This document shows positions 35,966 to 45,800 of a stretch of 49,451 nucleotides of DNA, piece by piece. The DNA lies in assembly GCF_001194135.2 (NCBI RefSeq), contig NC_068989.1, positions 35,456,953 to 35,506,403 of the forward strand, in the 5' to 3' direction. The notes beneath the pieces were generated by a model that searched no databases, was not told where the DNA came from, and was given only the letters and a program-made list of their open reading frames with translations. The DNA comes from Octopus bimaculoides. Its lineage: Eukaryota. The translations under genes and the position numbers were made by a program. Within the stretch, counting starts at the first letter, position 1, and each line of letters opens with the position of its first letter.

Positions 35966-36682
35966 TACATCACATTTGCCATTCATATTTACCCAGGCCA
36001 GATTTTCCATGGCCAGATTAGTCAATGAAAGAATCATTAAATGTACAACACTTTCATTATTTGGCATGTAAAATAGAATTGTTTAGACAAAAAATACTCA
36101 CATTCACCATTCTTGATAGACGTTTCAACAACAATTGCACTGTGTCTACTGGTACAAACCATGATGTTAACAAAAAACAAATGGTAAAACTGTAGCTACA
36201 TGAAGACACCATTACCACCTGTCTAACTTCAGTAGTGCCATACAAATAGCCCTGTAAAATATGTGAGGTTTTACTGTTGTACTCTGTATAGGAGCTTTTT
36301 TTCTGTTGGTAATCCTTCACATTTTTGGGAATCCTTTTGCATCTTCAGCTGGTATCTGAGAGTCATAAGCATTTTACCCTTTTGTCTGTACACTTCACCA
36401 GAGTGGGACACTGAAGACTAGATTAGCCTTTATCTATAGAAGGGTACCCCCAGCACTACCTTGTTAGCCACAACCACTCTGACTTAGACTTTGTTGCCAT
36501 GGTTATCTCTGCTGTGGTCTTTCTTCAGTTGTTTAGATTTCCAAACTGATTTCTTGCAATAGAGAGTGCTGGATCTTTCTAAGGAAACCACAGCAGCCAA
36601 TTTCAAAGGGTTATGAGTTTGATGCCTTCCTTTGACAAGAGCATCATCAGTCGAATCCTGGTGTGTCAAATCTGTCCTACCA

Positions 36683-36761
36683 TGCAAGTGATCTGGTGTT
36701 CAACCACACTTCTAAGTGCAGTTCATGGCTGCGAGAGCATCCTGAGTGTGCATACAACTTG
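36683..36761 (+). repeat. 79-bp intronic duplicate of AGL coding exon 3 sequence (35524-35602)
   Basis: 78/79 identical (C35566 vs A36725), same orientation, offset 1159 bp. Confidence 0.95.
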
Positions 36762-37004
36762 ATGTACTAAAGTGAAAAGAAGAACTATGTCTGGTGAGAG
36801 CAAGCTTATTGCCACCTCTTCCATAATACTGTACTGAAACCTTAAATGAGGAGATGAAACTTGTATAATGGTAGCATCAAATGTTAAGTTTTCATCAAAA
36901 ATGTTAATTAAAGCATCAAAATTACCTTGAGTAACCATTCACTTTACATTTAATGTCTGAAGTGCCTGTATTTCTGATTTACTTATCTTTTGTTTTATGT
37001 GCAG

Positions 37005-37113
37005 GCAATTAAACACGCTTTGCATACAGAGGTGTTCCCCAAATATCGAGTCTATGAGTTTTTCCTCTGTGATGTAGATGAGGCACTTAATAAATTCAAA
37101 CAACAAGTGAAGG
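37005..37113 (+). CDS. AGL: Glycogen debranching enzyme, coding exon 4
   Basis: Acceptor gtgcAG at 37003-04. Reads AIKHALHTEVFPKYRVYEFFLCDVDEALNKFKQQVK-G, similar to human [33 protein letters not shown]. Donor G|GTAAGT at 37114. 109 nt, phase 0 to phase 1. No later exon was recognised in the window. Confidence 0.9.
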
Positions 37114-37376
37114 GTAAGTTTATCTCTTCCTGTTATTTCTGTAGTTTTTTTTTTTGTTTATATATTACATGCCACATACCATCACCCAATCACCCATTCT
37201 GTGCAACCACCATCATCACCATCACAATATATACACACGTACATACATACATACATACATACTTATATATATATATATATATATATGGGAGAATATACAA
37301 AAAATAACAACAGACGAGGACAGGTGGTGTAAATAACAAAAGTATATATTAGTATGACGCTCGGGAATACGGAAAG

Positions 37377-37413
37377 TCTTTGACGTTTTGAGCTACGCTC
37401 TTCAACAGAAAGA
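37377..37413 (-). ncRNA. Hammerhead-like motif with core deviations (A6U, G12A)
   Basis: The minus strand reads TCTTT-CTGTTGA-A-GAGC-gta-GCTC-AAAAC-GTC-AAAGA. Confidence 0.5.
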
Positions 37414-37579
37414 ATACGGAGACAAGGAGAAAAACACGGAGAAAAAAATTGAATAGTGTTCAGTCAACGGTCAATCATAATAATATATATATATATATAT
37501 ATATATTGGTGTGTGTGTATATCTATATATATATACTTTATTGTTAAAGCTGCAAAAACATCACAAAAATGTCACAAAA

Positions 37580-37621
37580 AACTGCTACTCAGAGTTTCAC
37601 GTTCCCGTTCATCGGGCAGTT
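37580..37621 (-). ncRNA. Hammerhead-like motif with U4C core deviation
   Basis: The minus strand reads AACTGC-CCGATGA-ACG-ggaa-CGT-GAAAC-TCTGA-GTA-GCAGTT. Helix I is 6 bp, helix III is the palindrome ACTC-T-GAGT, and the triplet is GUA. Confidence 0.6.
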
Positions 37622-38771
37622 GTGATCCATTTTGGAGTACATTATTAGTACATAAAATAGACTTATTGTGTCTTGAGTGTAATTTTTATCACACTCCCTT
37701 TTTTATGAATTGATTATAAATATATACCATATGTTTTTTTTAGATTTACCCTTTAGGAAAAACAACAATATTTTCAACATAGACTAAATATATCGAGGAA
37801 ATAATCATTTAAAAAAAACTTTTCTTCAATATGTAATATACCTCAATTCCACATTATTATATTTTATGACAATCACATAAGTGGTTCCCTTTTGATACAT
37901 CTTTACTTGAGTTTGTAAAAAATTTATCTAACTGTTTTTAGATAATTGATCCGACATATAATACCTATATTGTCTTGATTATTGACTTTTATGTAATACA
38001 TAAATAAAAAACTATATAAACTATTAATCAATCTCACATGCTAGTAATAACTTTATGATAGTTGAAATGACAGATGATAGTTAAGAAATTTTTGAATATG
38101 AATTTGAAATAACATATAGCTCCTTATTTGGTATTTCTGAACATGTATACACATACATCTTGACCAGAATTTTCTGTAGAGAGGTTTTTAAATAGATATA
38201 TTTTGGATTTAATAGCGAGGAAGTCAAAAATTAAATATTAGATATTTAAGCAGCCAAGTCCTTTAATGTTTTTAGTCTTGATTCTAATAATTGAGAGAGG
38301 AAGAATGAATATAGAAATACCTAAATAATAATGATAATTAAGAAAAAATTCTATGTACATTTTAAAAGTCTTTTTGTTTATTTTTACTTTCCTTTAAATC
38401 TAACCTACTGAAGAGTATAAATTCAACCTTTATGATGTTTTCTTTGTGGAAATCTTGGTCGCTTTATCTAAAACAATTGTTTGGGAATATGAAATAAAAG
38501 GATAATCCATTTTAACATCCAATCTGCTTCATTTCATTTATTTAATGAAATTCATTGAACTTTGTTTAATAAATTAAGTCCTATATTGATTATTTCTTTA
38601 CATACTTTCATACCTATGCGATTTAAAAATTTTTAAATAATGTATGAAGAAAAGACATTAGAAATCTATGGAAAAAATTCCTATAAAAGGACGAGGATAA
38701 ATTCATCCAGATAAACATATAATATATATTAATAATAAAATTATTAATAAAGAATCTGATTTTTAAGGAAA

Positions 38772-41002
38772 ATGGAGAAGATTGAAATGGATACACCACT
38801 TAAAGACATACCAATACCCATTCATTGGGAGTACATCAAGGACATTAAATTCCATGAATTAACAAAGAGGATGAGATGGAAGGCATTACTACATGTTAAG
38901 GAACAAAATATGGAAGAAAATATTAACGAAACTCACAATGAAGAACTTGACAAAATTAGGAGAAACTTTAAATCAAGAAAAGTCCCCCCAACAAACAGAA
39001 AACTAGAAAATTTTGGGATCTTTTTTAAAACGGGGGCCACATTTTTCATTAACGAAACACTTTGAAACTTGGAACACTGGTAGAATGTGTCATATAAAAC
39101 ATCTTTTTCTCTTAGTCTTCTTAAAAATAAAAGAAATCCCTAACTTATTCCATGTTAAAGTTGTCGTATTTCTGTAATTTCAACCAATCACTGACGTCCA
39201 TTCAGCCGATATACATTAAGTGCCGACTACATAAACAAACGATTCTGAAACAATTCTATCGGTGATAGGGTTAGGGTTAGGGTAAAACAGCAAATTTAAA
39301 AAGAAAAAAGCAAAACGAAGCTATGGAAATTAAATACGCTTTACATCGCTTAATCAGCCAAAGGGAGTAAATGTAAACAACTGAATACTTGTCAGTGATT
39401 GGTTGAAATTATCGAAATAAGACAATTTTTTACATGAAATAAATTCGAATACAAAAATATTTTTCTGTTCTATAACACAAAATAGATAAGTATACGAAGT
39501 TTGAAAGTCTTTCCGTACCAAAATCACTACGTAAAACATTAATGAAAAATGTGGCCCCCGTTTTAAAAAAGATCCAAATTTTGAAGATGATTTATGGAAA
39601 TTAGTAAAGAATATTAAGTTTATGAAAAATCCCTTCAAGAACAAACACTTAAGAAAATTAAAGAATAAAGTAAATGAACTTAAAAGAATGAAAGGAATAA
39701 TAGTGCAAGCGGATAAAACTGAAAATTTGTATAATGTAAACGTGAATCTATACCATGAACTATTACATAAGGAAATATTAAAAAAATACAAAATAGTAAA
39801 TAAAAGTGTTCTCAGATCTATTAATCTTGAAGCTAAGAAAATAATGAATGAATACAACATTGGTGACATAACCTTTAAGACCAAGAATAAATCCTAAAGT
39901 TAGACTGATATGTCCATGTAAATCAGACCTAAGAAAACTTAGCAAAATAATTATAGATAAATATACTAATTCTCTAAAAAGTAAAATTAAACTTAGCCTA
40001 TGGTCGAGAATGCAGGATGCAATTGATTGGTTTAGTATGATTCAAGACAAGAATAAATGTAAATTTATACAAACAGACATTAACAATTATTACCAATTTA
40101 TTAACCCTATTGCATTGAATAAGGCACTCATATTTGCAAAGAATAGAACAAACTTGTCCACAAAAGAAATTAAAATCATATCTGCAGCAAGAAAAACAGT
40201 TATCTTCCACAATGGTAAATATTGGGCAAGAAAAGACACACCTGATTGTTTTGATATAGGTGCACATGACTCAGCCCAGGTAACCAATTTAGTCAAAATC
40301 TATCTTCTACATAAATTTAAGGGAGAATTTCCTGAAATAGTAGGAGGACTCTACCACGAAGGCACTCTATCCTTAATAAGGAACACTACTAATAGAAAAA
40401 TGGAAAATTACAAAAAAGAGACAACATATATTTTTCAAGAACCACAGTCTATCAATTTCAATTGAAAAAGAAAATAATTCAGTAAACTTTGTTGACCGTA
40501 TTCACCAACCCTATCAAAAACCTAACGCTAACATTAGATATACAGGTATTCACCAACCCTATCAAAAAAAGGTATTTACCAACCCTATCAAAAACCTGAC
40601 ACTAAAATTAGATATATAAATGCAAATATAAATGCATCCACATAATATTATTGAAAACCTTAGTATGGATATTGAGAGAATAATTAATTATCTATCTTTA
40701 AATGAAGAAGTATTTGATAAGCATAAAGATATAAAGAAGGCAGGATATAATTATGAAATAAACGCAATAATAATTTCAATATCAAAGAAAATTAAAATGA
40801 AAATAAGAATAAAAATAATGATAAAACTAGAGATATAGACACCAACAAAAACATAGTAAATCCTTACAAAGTTGGAATGAAAATACCCCAAACAATAATA
40901 ATAATAATTATAAATATAAGAAATATGTTAAAGAAGATAATTTCAATAATGAAATTAAACCAATGGATGGAGAATATAATGCCAAAAATAAAAATGAAAA
41001 TA

Positions 41003-41034
<32 letters not shown>

Positions 41035-41183
41035 TATTATTATTATTATTATAATAACAGAAATGACAATAAACACAAAAATAATACTTGGGTACACAAC
41101 AATTATTACAACCTTCGAATAAAGAATAAGAATAATAATAAGATAACAAAATAAGAAAATATAAATCATCTGAGTACAATTAT

Positions 41184-41214
<31 letters not shown>

Positions 41215-42260
41215 TATAATAAAAACATAGTAAGGAAGAAACTAATACCTTGTGTGAGAAAAAAACAATATTGTGACAAAAAATGAAAATATGAATAAGG
41301 TAGACTGAGATAAAACCATATGGATCATAATTCCTTTCGCTAAATTAGTATATTTATCTATAATTATTTTGCTAAGTTTTCTTAGGTCTGATTTACATGG
41401 ACATATCAGTCTAACTTTAGGATTTATTCTTGGTCTTAAAGGTTATGTCACCAATGTTGTATTCATTCATTATTTTCTTACCTTCAAGATTAATAGATCT
41501 GAGAACACTTTTATTTACTATTTTTTAAACTATAGACAAAACAATTAAAGACAAATTTTATTAAATCTGTTAGAATGATTATAAATTAAAACTTTAAAAA
41601 CACTGGATATGGAAAAATATTTAATGACAAACATATAAGATTTGTAATTTTCTGTTTCTCTCAACCTTTTTATGTTAATCTCTTCTTTTAATAATAGAAA
41701 ACTCGATTTATTCTATGGAAATAAAAAAATTCAAATAGATAGTAAAGCATGCAACAGCAAAGTAGAACAAAATAGTATGAATAATACCTTTAACAATAAA
41801 AATACCTATACAGACAATAACTTATATAAATCTACAAAGCATAATACTATTTCATTATCTAGGCAAAATATAAACTTTAATTGCAGAGACCCAGATAGAT
41901 GGAAAGTAAGACAGGGAAGTAAAAATGTAGTATGCCAGGCAGCAATGATTACACAAGATATAACCAAGTTTTATTATATTGGATCTATGCAGAATTGTGT
42001 TAAACTAAGAATAGCGAATCACGAATTAACTTTTAGGGACCAAAACAAAATGAAGAGTACAGGACTTTCAACGAAAATATGGCATCTGAAAAAAACCAAG
42101 TTGACTATACAATCAAATGGAATATTTTAGCACATGCACCTAGTTACAAAATTAAGAAAAAATTTTCCTAGAGGAAAATTATAAAATAATGAAAAGAAAA
42201 GGGAACCTGGTTAATATAAGAAATGAAAAAATTTTTTATGTAGACATATAAGTAGGTACC
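38772..42260 (+). mobile_element. Near full-length, decayed Penelope-like retroelement, interrupted by a MITE and internal rearrangements
   Basis: Fragments read LKDIPIP...RMRWKA, ADKTENLY, KFIQTDINNYY...FDIGAHDSAQVTNLV..YLL...GGLYHEG (PLE RT), IWIIIPFA, and CRDPDRW...YYIGS...NHELTF...LSTKIWHLK (GIY-YIG). Confidence 0.85.
39016..39575. mobile_element. 560-bp MITE with 37-bp perfect TIRs and 8-bp target site duplication
   Basis: TIR GGATCTTTTTTAAAACGGGGGCCACATTTTTCATTAA at 39016-52 and 39539-75. TSD AAATTTTG at 39008-15 and 39576-83. Internal 20-bp inverted repeat at 39176-95/39391-410. Confidence 0.92.
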
Positions 42261-42984
42261 TCTTTTTATTAAAGTGACTTATCGATGAGATTTGATATCA
42301 CTTAAACATCATCACAATTTCTTTAAAATATATATTTTAAAATAATATAACCATATTTTTTAAACTATAGACATAACATCACATTATATATTAATAGCTA
42401 AATTCAACTATGCAATTGAAGAAGTCTAACATATAAATCTATTATTTCGCAATAGCCAAAATCAGCTAATTGAAATATAACCAAAATAAATGACTGTACA
42501 TATAATAACTTATATGAACCCATGAGATATTAAAAAAATGTATATCCTTGTTTATGAATGAAATACCTATAGATAATATGTATGTGATCAAATCCATTTC
42601 AGAATGTATATTTTTTTTTTAATATACATGTGGATGATGTTAACACCATGGATATGAGAAACAAGATATTTGTATGCATATATGTGTATATCTATCTATA
42701 TATATGTATGCTATACCTATCTTTTGCCTGTATAGTGTATGTGTAGATCAAAGTGGTAAATACACAATTATAATTTCTATATAACTGGCTTTATTCATGT
42801 AGAATGTACTGTTTACAGGCTAAGGTCTAACTAGGAGAGAATTTTTTACCCTATGTATTTGCATTTTTGTTTTTTTATATGTATGTACGTCTATGTATAT
42901 GGGTATATATTTATAAATCTATTTGATATCTGTATGTGTATGTATGTATATATGTATATATATGAATATATGTATATATCATCA

Positions 42985-43830
42985 GTATTGTTATCATCAT
43001 CTTCATCGTTTAACATCCGCTTTCCATGCTGGCATGGGTTGGACAGTTTGACTGAGGACTGGCAAGCCAGGAGCTGCACCAGGCTCCAGTCTGATCTGGC
43101 AAGGTTTCTACAGCTGGATGCCCTTCCTAATGCCAACTGCTCTGAGAGTGTAGTGGATGCTTTTTACATACCTCCAGCATGGGGGAAAGTCAGGTGGCAC
43201 TGGTATCAACTACACTTGAATGTTGCCTTTTATGTGCAACCAGCATGGGAGCCAGTCAGGCGGTACTGGCAATGACCACGCTCAAATGGTGCTTTTTATG
43301 TGTCACTGGCATGGGACCAGTCAGGCATCACTGGCATCAACCACGCTCAAATTGTGCTTTTTATGTGCCACCGGTATGGGAGCCAGTTCGGTGGGACTGG
43401 CATCGACCACACTCGAATAGTGCTTTTTTACATGCCCCTGGCATGGCTGCCAGTCAGGTGGTACTGGATCAACCATGACAATGATTTCACTTGACTCAAC
43501 AGATCTTCTCAAGCACGGTTCATTGCCCAATGATTGAAGGGTACTCTTAAATGGGCTGGTTATGCTACACTGGCATAAGCCACGGTTATGGTCTCACTTG
43601 GCTTGCTGGGTCTTCTCAAGCACAGCACATCTCCAAAGGTCTCGCTTGCACATCATTGCTGCTGTGAGGCGCAACATTTGAAGATTGTGCTTCACCAGCT
43701 CATCCCAGGTCTTCCTGGATTTACCTCTTCCACAGGTTCCCTCCACTGTTAGGGTGGGACACTTTTTCACATAGCTGTCCTCATCCATATGCAACACATG
43801 ACTATACAAGCGCAGTCGTCTCTCTTGCAT
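42985..43830 (-). mobile_element. 3' end of an RTE LINE including its UTR, with five ~66-bp tandem units at 43158-43480
   Basis: ORF 43594-43830 reads RRLRLYSHVLHMDEDSYVKK...GRGKSRKTW. The UTR ends in (ATC)n, and repeat units start at 43158, 43224, 43290, 43355 and 43421. Confidence 0.85.
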
Positions 43831-43896
43831 GTGTGCGTAAGTGCTTGTGCCACCTACCTATATATATGTGTGTGTATATACCTTTATACAAGTTAA

Positions 43897-43964
<68 letters not shown>

Positions 43965-44320
43965 TCTGTGTGTATATATGTAGTATATATATATAGGTGT
44001 GTGTGTATAAGTATGCTTTAGAATATAAGTTTCTCTGTTATTATTTTTGCAAATTATTAATTTTTTTCTCGGTACACCCATAGGTAGGAATATTAATATT
44101 CCCTTGTAAATTTTATAGAATTTTTATTACATGATAGAATATTTAATGTGTATGTGCCTGTATAAGTATATATTTCACTTGTATATCTATTTTTCTGTAT
44201 CTGGATCTGTATGTATGAATATATGTATATGTATGGAAACATGTATGTATGCAGTTTTTTCTATTTTAATGTATCTGTATATGCATGTCCTTGTATATAT
44301 GTTTATTTATATATATACAT

Positions 44321-44381
<61 letters not shown>

Positions 44382-44539
44382 CATGTACATATATTAAATT
44401 CAGGTGAATATGGTACTTAAGTTTAGGCACCAGAATTAAGTATGGTATTATCCATACAGTTTCGAAATAAGGTGATTAAAGTTAAAACAAGCAACAAGGA
44501 TATCCAAAGTTAATGCAGTACAATCGTTTCATGCAACTC

Positions 44540-44888
44540 CATTTAATTAAGCAATGTGAACATTACATCAAATATAAAATGCAGAGCAATTCTCAGCTGC
44601 ACAAAGATATAGAAATTTAATGAAATTACACTTAAACAGGACATATTTTTATAACTACATCTATACTCTCCAAGTAGAAAGGAAGAATACAAAAAAACAT
44701 TTTGACTTAGCCAGACCATACAGGCTAATGTTTTTTTGTATTCTTCCTTTCTACTTGGAGAGTATAGATGTAGTTATAAAAATATGTCCTGTTTAACTGT
44801 AATTTCATTAAATTTCTATATCTTTGTGCAGCTGAGAATTGCTCTGCATTTTATATTTGATGTAATGTTCACATTGCTTAATTAAATG
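44540..44888. repeat. Long near-perfect palindrome (162-bp arms, 25-bp spacer) abutting a gap
   Basis: 44540-44701 is the reverse complement of 44727-44888, with one mismatch seen (44631/44797). Confidence 0.9.
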
Positions 44889-45521
44889 NNNNNNNNNNNN
44901 NNNNNNNNNNNNNNNNNNNNNNNNNNNNNNNNNNNNNNNNNNNNNNNNNNNNNNNNNNNNNNNNNNNNNNNNNNNNNNNNNNNNNNNNNNNNNNNNNNNN
45001 NNNNNNNNNNNNNNNNNNNNNNNNNNNNNNNNNNNNNNNNNNNNNNNNNNNNNNNNNNNNNNNNNNNNNNNNNNNNNNNNNNNNNNNNNNNNNNNNNNNN
45101 NNNNNNNNNNNNNNNNNNNNNNNNNNNNNNNNNNNNNNNNNNNNNNNNNNNNNNNNNNNNNNNNNNNNNNNNNNNNNNNNNNNNNNNNNNNNNNNNNNNN
45201 NNNNNNNNNNNNNNNNNNNNNNNNNNNNNNNNNNNNNNNNNNNNNNNNNNNNNNNNNNNNNNNNNNNNNNNNNNNNNNNNNNNNNNNNNNNNNNNNNNNN
45301 NNNNNNNNNNNNNNNNNNNNNNNNNNNNNNNNNNNNNNNNNNNNNNNNNNNNNNNNNNNNNNNNNNNNNNNNNNNNNNNNNNNNNNNNNNNNNNNNNNNN
45401 NNNNNNNNNNNNNNNNNNNNNNNNNNNNNNNNNNNNNNNNNNNNNNNNNNNNNNNNNNNNNNNNNNNNNNNNNNNNNNNNNNNNNNNNNNNNNNNNNNNN
45501 NNNNNNNNNNNNNNNNNNNNN

Positions 45522-45758
45522 TGCCAAACCAGCAGGGGGACACTGCTGACCTCCCCTGTTCGAAGGTTATAAAGGACACAGGTTTCGTGTGTCACATAGC
45601 TAGCTAGAGGCGATGGCTTCTTGGAGCTAATTCACGGCAGCTTTCGTCCTAATTTTGGGACTGCCATGTTGGCTTGGCGATAACTATTAATTTCCAGTAC
45701 CGCTGCCGTAGTCTCCTTTAGAGAGACTTAGAAATATTAATAACTCTATATATATATA
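45522..45758 (+). mobile_element. Second copy of the structured hammerhead-associated unit (identical to 148-384); 5' part hidden in a gap
   Basis: Base-by-base identity over 237 bp, including the terminus AACTCT-(AT)n. The sequence beyond the (TA)n differs between the copies. Confidence 0.9.
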
Positions 45759-45768
45759 GGTATATGTA

Positions 45769-45799
<31 letters not shown>

Positions 45800-45800
<1 letters not shown>

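Noticed and set aside
36689-36763. Duplicated AGL segment as a 75-nt poison exon (would start with TGA in frame)
   Set aside because: The donor GTACTA and the acceptor context are weak, and nothing in the sequence indicates use.
39266-39283. TTAGGG repeats as a telomere or fusion scar
   Set aside because: There are only about three units, and they lie inside a MITE bounded by TIRs and a TSD.
42275-42315. Possible hammerhead at the 3' end of the + strand PLE (CGATGA...AAAC)
   Set aside because: The core is incomplete and there are no convincing helices. A similar weak match near 38060-38110 was also rejected.
43158-43480. Regularly spaced repeats as a possible CRISPR array (also 16001-16102)
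   Set aside because: The units are contiguous and diverge along their whole length, with no unique spacers, no cas genes and a eukaryotic context.
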